DNA of 64,000 nucleotides, taken from the NCBI GenBank assembly GCA_030141605.1, contig JAQGDQ010002389.1, positions 1-64,000 of the forward strand, read 5' to 3'. Shown here in pieces: positions 32,126 to 40,822 of the stretch; the first letter of the stretch is position 1, and each line of letters begins with the position of its first letter. The position numbers and the translations under genes were made by a program. Origin of the DNA: Tubiluchus corallicola (Eukaryota > Animalia > Priapulida). The notes beneath the pieces were generated by a model. The model did not search any database and had not been told where the DNA came from. It saw nothing but the letters and a program-made list of their open reading frames with translations.

Positions 32126-32878
32126 ATGGAACAAACATGTTTTCGCCTTTTTATCGATAAAGACTCGTTTAGTGGGCAACAGTTAATGCTGATTCTATCT
32201 TGGCTTTTGTTAGATAAACTTCCTTATTTTCCTCTGCCAGAGCAAGAAAAATCGCGCTTTCAGCCTGTCCTTCTTACAGATGATCAGCAATCTTTTATCG
32301 GAATTGTACCAATTATCAACTATCTTAAGCGTCATAATCAACAAGTAAAAGAGCAGATTCAAGAATCAGAAAAAATAAGTGCGACATGGCAGCGGGAACG
32401 CGCGAACTCCCTTATTAATGAATCAAGGCACTATTATGAAACAATTGCTTTCATTTCAGCAGAGTTTATCTTCTGGCCAATTATGAGAAAAGAAAGAAAA
32501 ATAGCCTATAAAGAAGCTGGATTTAAAAATATTGACCAAACAATGCCAGCAGAAAATCTCACGACTATTAAACGAAGTGTAGAAGAAATAAAAAACAGGT
32601 TAAGGATTCTAGACGAGTTTTTATCAACACAATGCTGGCTAAACGGAAACCAAATTGGCCTTGCAGACTTTATCTGGGCGCCATTTTTTCATCGGTTGAA
32701 ATTGGCAGGATGGCCCCAGAAAGAAGAAGGATATATTGAAATATGGCAATGGTACCAGCAAATAGAAAAAATGGAAATATTTCAACAGATCTATTGTAAA
32801 GAAAATATTTCTTTCAAAAGTCGTTTAATTCTTTCTAAAACCCTTCAGATACTCTCTGGAAAAACACTAAAAATTTAA
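32126..32878 (+). CDS. Glutathione S-transferase-like protein (clear C-terminal domain, divergent N-terminus)
   Basis: IINYL, LRILDEFLS..WLNGNQIGLADFIWAPFFHRL, IWQWYQQI. Confidence 0.65.
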   Translation: MEQTCFRLFIDKDSFSGQQLMLILSWLLLDKLPYFPLPEQEKSRFQPVLLTDDQQSFIGIVPIINYLKRHNQQVKEQIQESEKISATWQRERANSLINESRHYYETIAFISAEFIFWPIMRKERKIAYKEAGFKNIDQTMPAENLTTIKRSVEEIKNRLRILDEFLSTQCWLNGNQIGLADFIWAPFFHRLKLAGWPQKEEGYIEIWQWYQQIEKMEIFQQIYCKENISFKSRLILSKTLQILSGKTLKI

Positions 32879-32896
32879 AAGGCTAAACATAGCTTT

Positions 32897-33643
32897 TTAA
32901 TAGAAAACCTTTAAAAAATACAACCCATGTGAAGGAGCGGTAATTCCTCCCTGAGAGCGATTTTTGGATTGAAACGCATTTTGAAACCTTTCATATGACC
33001 ACTTTCCTTGCCCGACAAAAGAAAGCGTTCCAACCATGTTTCTAACCTGATGATGAAGAAAAGAAGGCGCACGAACACGAAATTCAATTGTATGCTCATC
33101 TGTTTGCGCGATAGTAAAAGAGGTTAATGATCTTACAGGAGAATGTGCTTGGCATTGACTCGCTCGAAAAGTAGAAAAATCATGCTTCCCGATAAGAAAT
33201 TGAGCCGCCTTATGCATCATATCCGCATCTAAATAGTAAGGAAGCCACCATAACCGACCTTGATCCAAAGCCAAAGGGGAAGGGCGGGTGGAAATTAAAT
33301 AAAGGTAAGAACGCTCCTTGGCAGAAAATCGCGCGTGAAAAGAAGAGTCTCCGCCTAAATTCTCTACCTGTAAAATAGAAATAGCATGATCCCGTATATA
33401 ATGATTTAAAGCCTTGCATACACGATAAGACTCCCAGTTTTTTTTGAGATCAAAATGAGCAACCTGGCCAAAAGCATGAACACCAGCATCTGTCCGGCCA
33501 GCACAGAAAACACGCGTAGCTTCTCCGCTAAAAGAAGTGATCGCCTCTTCTATCACCGCTTGAATGCCTAGGCCATTATTCTGTCGCTGCCAGCCGACAA
33601 AATTGCCCCCATTGTACTCAATCGTAAGCTTATAGCGTATCAT
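32897..33643 (-). CDS. truA: tRNA pseudouridine(38-40) synthase
   Basis: GWQRQ, AGRTDAGVHA, FHARFSA, FLHHQVRNMVG. Confidence 0.97.
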   Translation of the reverse strand: MIRYKLTIEYNGGNFVGWQRQNNGLGIQAVIEEAITSFSGEATRVFCAGRTDAGVHAFGQVAHFDLKKNWESYRVCKALNHYIRDHAISILQVENLGGDSSFHARFSAKERSYLYLISTRPSPLALDQGRLWWLPYYLDADMMHKAAQFLIGKHDFSTFRASQCQAHSPVRSLTSFTIAQTDEHTIEFRVRAPSFLHHQVRNMVGTLSFVGQGKWSYERFQNAFQSKNRSQGGITAPSHGLYFLKVFY

Positions 33644-33861
33644 AAAAGAAATTTTTACCTTCTCTATAAATTTTATTGCCAGGATGCATATGCGCTTCCT
33701 ATTGATTTCACAACAATATTAATATGGAATATTAACAAGTATGATTATCTATCAATGTAAACATATAATATAAAGATTTAATTTTCTACTATAATATATT
33801 GTTAAACAATGCTTATTATTTATAAGCAAAACAAAAATACGGGGAAACTTAAAGTAAAATA

Positions 33862-34653
33862 TTAATCTTTAAAGCAGCTGGAAAGAAACTGACGACACCG
33901 CTTGGACTTTGTATGTTCAAAAACTTCTTTAGGTGTGCCATCTTCCTCAATGACTCCCTGGTGCAGGAAAATAACACGGGAAGAAACTTCCCTGGAAAAT
34001 GCCATCTCATGCGTGACAACTAGCATGGTTTTCTTTTCTTCCGCTAACCTTTGCATAACCTTTAAAACACCTCCTACAAGCTCAGGATCTAAAGCTGATG
34101 TCGGCTCATCGAAAAGCAAAACACGAGGATTCATGGCTAAAACACGCGCAATTGCCGCACGCTGTTGCTGCCCTCCGGAAAGTTGAGTAGGGTAATGGTG
34201 GCGTTTATCATAAATTCCCACTTTTTCTAAAAGAGCGTGTGCTCTCTCTAAAGCTTCCGGCTTGTTTATTCCTAAAACAGCCATAGGAGCTGTCGTAATG
34301 TTTTTCTCAATAGTCATATGAGACCATAAATTAAAATTTTGAAAAACAAAACCAACTTGAGAACGTAAGCGCGTAATCTGCGCGCGATCCGCCGCGTCAA
34401 GCGTACCATCAGGCTGACGCTTAAAAAGAATAGGCTCACCCGCAATCGAAATCTTTCCCTCATTGGGCCTCTCCAGTAAATTAAGGCATCTTAGCAATGT
34501 ACTCTTTCCTGAACCACTAGAGCCAATAATTGAGATAACATCACCATCACCAGCTTTTAAAGAGATCCCTCTTAAAATTTCCAGTTGATAAAATTTCTTG
34601 TGTAGATTTTCAACCTCTAAAGCAGTTGATATACCAGTTGGCTGACTTTGCAT
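33862..34653 (-). CDS. Polar/basic amino-acid ABC transporter ATP-binding protein (HisP/AotP-like)
   Basis: [44 protein letters not shown]. Confidence 0.9.
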   Translation of the reverse strand: MQSQPTGISTALEVENLHKKFYQLEILRGISLKAGDGDVISIIGSSGSGKSTLLRCLNLLERPNEGKISIAGEPILFKRQPDGTLDAADRAQITRLRSQVGFVFQNFNLWSHMTIEKNITTAPMAVLGINKPEALERAHALLEKVGIYDKRHHYPTQLSGGQQQRAAIARVLAMNPRVLLFDEPTSALDPELVGGVLKVMQRLAEEKKTMLVVTHEMAFSREVSSRVIFLHQGVIEEDGTPKEVFEHTKSKRCRQFLSSCFKD

Positions 34654-34860
34654 AATACGCCATTCCTTAAATCTTCTCTGTTTAACCTCTTAAAATAATA
34701 ACGACAACCCTTTGTAAATTAAAAACATTTAATGACGAAATTCCCTCTAAACCTTAAAAGGTAAAGAGGGAAAATTGAAATAAATATGCTATCCCTTGAT
34801 AAGCAGACTCTTACAAAAGAATAGACCTACCTAGGCAATATAACTAACTGTAAAAAAAAA

Positions 34861-35727
34861 TTAAAATTCTTTTAATAAATCTTCTAAATCTAATTGATCA
34901 GCAGGAATAAGATATTCGATATCCGCGTTTTCAACAAGATCTGTAATATATTCAGCTTGTAAATTCATCAAAGCCTGGCGCTCTACAGCAGAATAAATCT
35001 CTGCCAAAGGAGGCGCTGACGCCATACGACTATCCTCAACATAAATGACATGCCAACCAAAAGGCGTTTCTACCGGCTCGTTTGAATAGGTGTTGATATC
35101 TATGGAAAAAGCCGCAGAAGCAAATTCCGGAATAAGAACATCTTGACGTATCCATCCTAAATCACCACCACTGTCCGCAAGAGGATCTTCAGAATAATCC
35201 TGCGCTAATCCTTTGAAACTCGCGCCTTCCTTCAATTGGTTAATAATAGCAATCGCATCCTCTTTCTCTGCAACCAATATATGACGTAAATGGCGCTCTT
35301 CTTGCTCAGATTCATAGGCGGAAAGCATATCATACGCTGTGTTGATTTCATCCTCTAAATCAGCCTTTTTTAAAAAATCCTGTAGCGCAAACTCACCCAA
35401 TAAAGCTCGCTTAAAATCACTTAAGCGCAATTGATAATCTTCTTCCTGATCAAAATTCAACGCTTTTCCTTCTTCTGCAAGAAGGGTTTCACGAACAAGA
35501 AACTCAATAATATTATTCATAACTACTTCCTGTTCAGCATTCTGAATACTTGATAAAAGGCGAGAAGCAACATACTTGAGCTCGTTTTTGGTATAAGTTG
35601 TATCATTAACGCGTACAATAACCGTGTCATCAGATAATTTACTCTCTGCTTGCGCAAATGCGTTAAACAACAGCGTTATCGATGCAATACCGCTGAGAGC
35701 CAAGAGAGCAATTCCTTTTCTTCTCAT
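34861..35727 (-). CDS. PpiC/parvulin-type periplasmic peptidyl-prolyl isomerase
   Basis: Signal peptide; HLRHILV, GGDLGW, PEFASAAF, PVETPFGWHVI. Confidence 0.9.
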   Translation of the reverse strand: MRRKGIALLALSGIASITLLFNAFAQAESKLSDDTVIVRVNDTTYTKNELKYVASRLLSSIQNAEQEVVMNNIIEFLVRETLLAEEGKALNFDQEEDYQLRLSDFKRALLGEFALQDFLKKADLEDEINTAYDMLSAYESEQEERHLRHILVAEKEDAIAIINQLKEGASFKGLAQDYSEDPLADSGGDLGWIRQDVLIPEFASAAFSIDINTYSNEPVETPFGWHVIYVEDSRMASAPPLAEIYSAVERQALMNLQAEYITDLVENADIEYLIPADQLDLEDLLKEF

Positions 35728-35918
35728 ATAAATTTCCTCTATTTAATCGTTCATATTCTCTAATATATGAATAAAAAACATTTATCCCTATCTAGCATAT
35801 AATGGTTGTACTCTATCATTATTATTTATGCAATAATATTTTTTCAGAAGATCACAAGCATTTCAGAAAAAAAACAACAAATATCAATGAAATCCTCTGT
35901 GAGTATATAAATAAAAAT

Positions 35919-36248
35919 TTACAAAGGCTGCTTTTTACGCTCATAGCGCTTGTAAATCCTCTTTTGGTAACGATGATAGATAAAAATTGATAGTATGGTC
36001 TGTATAAAAAACCAAAAAACAAAAAAAATCCCCATTAAACGCTTTTTTTCCGCTCTAGGCTCGATAGAAGCCCTCTGAGACCAGACAGAATATTTGATCA
36101 CTTCCTCGGAAACAGCTGGCTTAAGCTCTTCTGTTATCTCAACATAAGAGGGAACAAAATCATCTTCCTGTGCATACGCTTCTGAAAAGAAACTTACGAT
36201 AAAAAAAGATAAACTTAGCACTATAACAATATTTTTTTTCATTCGCAT
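35919..36248 (-). CDS. Miniature haem-less cytochrome c1 derivative (signal peptide plus C-terminal anchor only)
   Basis: Third gene of the pet operon, ATG 1 nt after the petB stop with GAGGA RBS. Signal peptide ends ..EAYA. C-terminal W..EPRAEKKRLMG-TM-KRIY resembles c1 WAAEPxLExRKxMG-TM-KRxW. No CXXCH and no Cys. Confidence 0.7.
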   Translation of the reverse strand: MRMKKNIVIVLSLSFFIVSFFSEAYAQEDDFVPSYVEITEELKPAVSEEVIKYSVWSQRASIEPRAEKKRLMGIFFVFWFFIQTILSIFIYHRYQKRIYKRYERKKQPL

Positions 36249-36249
36249 A

Positions 36250-37458
36250 TCAGGATTTCCTCTTCTTACGTAAAAGAGCAACCGTAAGGGAAGGGGGAAT
36301 AGAGGCTTTTTTCTCAAGTGGCGTTATCCAATAAACAAGAATGAAAAAACTGAAATATCCCAAAAGCGCGATCCGCGTCAGCCATATCCATATATCAGCT
36401 TGCGGCATTGCTCCACAGATGAAAATTGTTAGGAAACAGACTAAAAAAAATCGAAGGAGCGCTTTGTAAGCAGGGCGAAAAATCGCACTATTATTAGGAG
36501 AATGATCAAGCCACGGCATAAAAAATAAAATCCCAACCATTGCTACGCATAAAATAAGAGCAAAAAATGGAGAAGGAACAGCACGAATAACAGAAAAAAA
36601 GCTCCAAAAATACCACTGAGGGCGAGCTGATAGAAAAGGAGAAAGAGGGTTAGACTCTGCGATAAAGCTGTCAGATAAAGATAAAATATCGCCAGAAAAC
36701 CAGAAAATCAGCCCCATAAGAATTGTCAGATATAAATTGATCGCGCAAAAGTCACGCACCGCAAACCATGGATAAAAAGGAACGTGATCCTGAGTAGGGA
36801 GTGTAATTCCTAAAGGATTATTAATACCTGCTTTGTGAACTGCAATAACATGAATAATAGTAATGATAATGATCAGAAAAGAGAAAAAAAGATGAAAGCT
36901 ATACATTCTCGCTAAAATTGCCTCATGAGGAACAGAGCCTCCCAAAACAAAAGAGGCAAGCGCTTCACCAATAAAAGGAACAGATGACAGTAAATGATAC
37001 AAGACAGTGGCTGCCGCGACCCCATTATGACTCCAAGAGAGAATTGATCCGAAAAAAGACGCCATAAATAAACAACAAAGAAGGAGCAAACCCGTAATCC
37101 AGACAATTTCTCGCGGCGCTTTATAACTGCCATAATAAAAAGCTTTGAAAAGGTGTAAGCCTAATATTATGAATAATAAAGAAGGAACAGTCTTGTGAAT
37201 TGCGAGAATAAACCATCCCCAAGAAATAGTTTCCTTGAAATCTAAAAGCGTTTGAAACGCATAATCCACATATGGAACATAATATAAAGAAAGTGAAAAC
37301 CCACTCAGAAAAAGAAAAAAGAGCGACAAAGAAGCTAATGCGCCTGTTGTCCATAACCAGTTAAGATTACGAGGCATACGGTGTTTCTTGAAATAGTTGA
37401 ATAATGGCTTTAAAGGAAAACGTTTTTCCAACCAATAAAAAAATAAAAAATATCTCAT
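36250..37458 (-). CDS. petB: Cytochrome b of a bc1-type complex (divergent Qo site)
   Basis: PRNLN, two H-x13-H haem pairs, YYGSYKAPRE, NNPLGI, PQWY, PWLD, FRP. Confidence 0.93.
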   Translation of the reverse strand: MRYFLFFYWLEKRFPLKPLFNYFKKHRMPRNLNWLWTTGALASLSLFFLFLSGFSLSLYYVPYVDYAFQTLLDFKETISWGWFILAIHKTVPSLLFIILGLHLFKAFYYGSYKAPREIVWITGLLLLCCLFMASFFGSILSWSHNGVAAATVLYHLLSSVPFIGEALASFVLGGSVPHEAILARMYSFHLFFSFLIIIITIIHVIAVHKAGINNPLGITLPTQDHVPFYPWFAVRDFCAINLYLTILMGLIFWFSGDILSLSDSFIAESNPLSPFLSARPQWYFWSFFSVIRAVPSPFFALILCVAMVGILFFMPWLDHSPNNSAIFRPAYKALLRFFLVCFLTIFICGAMPQADIWIWLTRIALLGYFSFFILVYWITPLEKKASIPPSLTVALLRKKRKS

Positions 37459-37480
37459 CCGTATTGATTCACATTCATTT

Positions 37481-38044
37481 CTATGAGCTTTCCTCTGTTA
37501 TACGAATTGTGCTTTCATTCAGAAAATGCCAGGGAAGCGTATCTAAATCCCGCCTTGCTGGCCCTTTAGTCACTTTGCCATATTTGTCAAAATAAGAACC
37601 ATGACACCCACAAGACCAGCCTGACCACTCCCCTCCATGCACACGATTATACTCAACATGTAATGGACAGCCTAAATGCGTACAAAGCCCAATCACAAGC
37701 TGCCATTCTGAAGTATCCTCGCCATGACGAATAATATAAACAGGCTTGTTACGCCATTGTATAACTTTCCGATCACCAGACGCTATATCGGAAATATCAA
37801 TATCAATAAAAGCAGGAGAAGAAAATTCCAAAGCCGCTTTATTAACAACAGAAGAAGGAAATAAACTTCTTAAAAAAGGCCAGCTTAATAAAATAACACT
37901 TAAACTGCTCATAATCTGAATTGTTTTTTTTAACACATCTCGCCGAGCCGCCAGATTATCATTCGCAGGAGTTATAAATAATTTGTTAAAAAGCCTTCTT
38001 GTACGAGATAAAGAAGACGGTTTGTTATGGCGAAAAGTACTCAT
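37481..38044 (-). CDS. petA: Rieske iron-sulfur subunit of a bc1-type complex
   Basis: Tat-like RRDVL plus TM; WRNKPVYI; CTHLGC and CGCHGS boxes; GPA. Confidence 0.92.
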   Translation of the reverse strand: MSTFRHNKPSSLSRTRRLFNKLFITPANDNLAARRDVLKKTIQIMSSLSVILLSWPFLRSLFPSSVVNKAALEFSSPAFIDIDISDIASGDRKVIQWRNKPVYIIRHGEDTSEWQLVIGLCTHLGCPLHVEYNRVHGGEWSGWSCGCHGSYFDKYGKVTKGPARRDLDTLPWHFLNESTIRITEESS

Positions 38045-38282
38045 TTGAAGATACTCTAAAATATAATATTAAAGTTGCTACTCTTATAGGGAGACTCATA
38101 AAATACACAGATACTTAAGCTATAAATTATACTAAAATATAGCATAATTTATGGTAAAAAATATTTCAAGCCGAATCAACTTAATAGAGCGTATCATTAT
38201 AACAGCAAGAGTGCGGTATTATAATACCTCGGCATTAATGTGTTGTTTTTGATGAATTTTTACAGTTATTATTTTCTTTTTA

Positions 38283-38310
38283 TTGACATACTTGCCTAAA
38301 AGCTTATGAT
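38283..38310 (+). promoter_or_regulatory. Sigma70-type promoter of rplM-rpsI
   Basis: TTGACA, 16 bp, TATGAT. Confidence 0.6.
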
Positions 38311-38427
38311 AAACTTCTTATATTTGCATAAAATCTATCTTTTTATGTAAAGCTACTGAAATTTATAAATTAAACCCTATGATAATTTCAGTAATACAAG
38401 AAATCATAGAAGAATGGGAACTTACAG

Positions 38428-38889
38428 ATGACAATGAAAACCTGGTCGGCAAAGCCATCTGATATTGAGCGAAAATGGTATGTGATAGATGCAACAAACC
38501 TTATTTTAGGGCGCCTTTCGGCTATTGCTGCTTCTCGCCTTCGCGGCAAGCATAAACCAATTTTTACGCCTCATATGGATTGTGGTGACCATATTATTAT
38601 CATTAATGCAGAAAAAGTACGCTTAACCGGCAGAAAAAATCAACGCCGCTTTTATTGGCATACAGGCTATCCCGGCGGTATTAAATCCAGAACAATGGGG
38701 CAAATTTTAGAAGGTCCGCATCCGCAGCGTGTTGTTTATAAAGCTGTCGAACGTATGATCAGCCGTAATCCTTTGGGACGCAGGCAAATGAAAAAACTTC
38801 ACGTCTATGCAGGAAGTGAACATCCTCATGAGGCTCAAAAACCGGAAGTTTTAGATGTCGCATCAATGAACCCCAAAAATAGGAGATAG
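38428..38889 (+). CDS. rplM: 50S ribosomal protein L13
   Basis: [32 protein letters not shown]. Confidence 0.98.
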   Translation: MTMKTWSAKPSDIERKWYVIDATNLILGRLSAIAASRLRGKHKPIFTPHMDCGDHIIIINAEKVRLTGRKNQRRFYWHTGYPGGIKSRTMGQILEGPHPQRVVYKAVERMISRNPLGRRQMKKLHVYAGSEHPHEAQKPEVLDVASMNPKNRR

Positions 38890-38891
38890 CC

Positions 38892-39416
38892 ATGGCTGAA
38901 GAGTTTAATGTATTGGAACAGTTGAAGGAAACAAAAACTGAACCCATAAAAAATAATGAAGCACATTCCCATGAGGAACAGTCAAAAGGTGAAATCGCTT
39001 CTGTAAAAAGAGAGCCTGTCATTGATAAACAAGGGCGCTCGTACGCAACAGGAAAACGAAAAGACGCGGTCGCTCGAGTATGGATCAAGCCCGGAAAAGG
39101 GGCGGTCTCTGTCAATGGTCGCGAATTAACACAATATTTCGCTCGCCCTGTCTTAAGAATGCTCATTGATCAACCTTTCCAAACAGTCGAGCGTGTCAAC
39201 CAATATGACGTTGTCTGTACTGTCAAAGGAGGAGGACTTTCCGGCCAAGCAGGCGCTGTTCGCCATGGAATCAGTAAAGCGTTGACACTTTATGAGCCTG
39301 AATTACATGTCGCTCTTAAAAAAGGTGGGTTCCTGACACGGGATGACAGAGTCGTTGAACGTAAAAAATATGGACGTAGAAAAGCACGGAGAAGCTTCCA
39401 GTTCTCTAAACGTTAA
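38892..39416 (+). CDS. rpsI: 30S ribosomal protein S9
   Basis: [34 protein letters not shown]. Confidence 0.98.
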   Translation: MAEEFNVLEQLKETKTEPIKNNEAHSHEEQSKGEIASVKREPVIDKQGRSYATGKRKDAVARVWIKPGKGAVSVNGRELTQYFARPVLRMLIDQPFQTVERVNQYDVVCTVKGGGLSGQAGAVRHGISKALTLYEPELHVALKKGGFLTRDDRVVERKKYGRRKARRSFQFSKR

Positions 39417-39545
39417 TCGCTTTTCATATTCAGAAAGCTGGCTTTCTTTATTGAGCTCTTTTAAAGCTCATCATATCTGGTCAAAATTGTAAATGAGCTA
39501 AAAGATATAAAAAAGAAATCCAGCTTCCACTGAGCAATCAAATCG

Positions 39546-40325
39546 CTATGAGAGTTGGCACCATACAACTGTATGATCCGAAGGCTTTTCCCATAAACGA
39601 GGTCGTTTATCAATACCTGCGCACAATAAACGATCCGCCGCAGAAGGGGAGAGCAGAAAATGATCAATTCGTAAGCCCTGATCTTTTTCTAAAGCGCCCC
39701 CTCGATAGTCCCACCATGTATATTGGCCCTCTTTAGAGTCAACAGCCATAAGCGCATCAGTCAATCCTAAATACAACAGGTGGCGGAACCGCTTTAAGCT
39801 TTCCGAGTGGCATAAAGCATCACCAGCCCAGACAGATGGATCATGCATATCACCAGGAAACGGAGCTATATTCCAATCTCCTCCCATAATCAGGGGGATA
39901 TTCTCCTTTAATAAAGGCTCAATATGAGTGTGCAGGCGATCCATCCACTCCAGTTTATAAGAAAATTTCTCAGAATCGACAGGGTTGCCATTAGGAAGAT
40001 ACAAAGAAATAATGCGTAAATCCTTTACTACCACTTCAATATAACGTGCCTGTTTATCGTCTTGGTAAGAAAAAGAAGGAAGTGACTCGCCACAAATCTC
40101 CATAGGATAACGCGATAAAACAGCGACGCCATTCCATGCTTTCTGGCCACTGACAGCACAAAAGTAACCTAGCTCCCTAAAAGAATCAAAAGGAAAAGAC
40201 GCATATTCCATCTTTAACTCCTGTAACAACAAGATATCAGGAGAAAAAAGCTTTAACCATTTCAAAACATGCGATTTACGGGCATTTAAAGAATTAACAT
40301 TCCAACTGGCACACAAAAATGGCAT
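39546..40325 (-). CDS. xth: Exodeoxyribonuclease III
   Basis: SWNVNS, LQELK, NGVA, YLPNG, GDWNIA, RIDHFL, SDH. Confidence 0.95.
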   Translation of the reverse strand: MPFLCASWNVNSLNARKSHVLKWLKLFSPDILLLQELKMEYASFPFDSFRELGYFCAVSGQKAWNGVAVLSRYPMEICGESLPSFSYQDDKQARYIEVVVKDLRIISLYLPNGNPVDSEKFSYKLEWMDRLHTHIEPLLKENIPLIMGGDWNIAPFPGDMHDPSVWAGDALCHSESLKRFRHLLYLGLTDALMAVDSKEGQYTWWDYRGGALEKDQGLRIDHFLLSPSAADRLLCAGIDKRPRLWEKPSDHTVVWCQLS

Positions 40326-40693
40326 TATTGAGAATCCTCAAATGAAAAAGATGTTCCACAACTGCACGTGCCAGAGGCATTAGGAACATCAAGGAAAAAA
40401 TAAGATCCCATCAGATTATCTTGAAAATCAACAGTCGTCCCCTTAAGAAAAGAAAAAAACGCCTTGTCAATAATCACATCAGCCCCATCGGCAGAAAAAA
40501 TGAGATCATCCTCCGATTGCTCCTGATCCAAAGAAAATGACGCCTGAAAACCGGCACATCCTCCTCCCGCAAGCGTAATACGAAGTCGTTCATTTCGAGC
40601 GGAATCGGCAATAGCCCGAATGCGCGCCGCGGCCGCATCGGTTATTATTAATTTTTCCTTGTTTTCTTGGCTCATTATTTTATTCTCCATCAA
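40325..40693 (-). CDS. erpA: A-type Fe-S carrier (ErpA/IscA family)
   Basis: GGGCAGF, PNASGTCSCGTSF; xth-erpA-argS context. Confidence 0.85.
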   Translation of the reverse strand: MMENKIMSQENKEKLIITDAAAARIRAIADSARNERLRITLAGGGCAGFQASFSLDQEQSEDDLIFSADGADVIIDKAFFSFLKGTTVDFQDNLMGSYFFLDVPNASGTCSCGTSFSFEDSQ

Positions 40694-40822
40694 AATACTC
40701 TTAAACTATCACACAAAATTCACTGTTTTTGAAGTCGTATTTAAAAAATACATTGTTATAAATGCTATTCTATTATAAATTACCAATTCTAAAAAGGTCG
40801 TTTTTAACTTAGGATCTGATGC

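Noticed and set aside
36249-36317. Longer start of the mini-petC ORF overlapping petB
   Set aside because: ATG 36248 has an RBS, follows the petB stop and gives a clean signal peptide.
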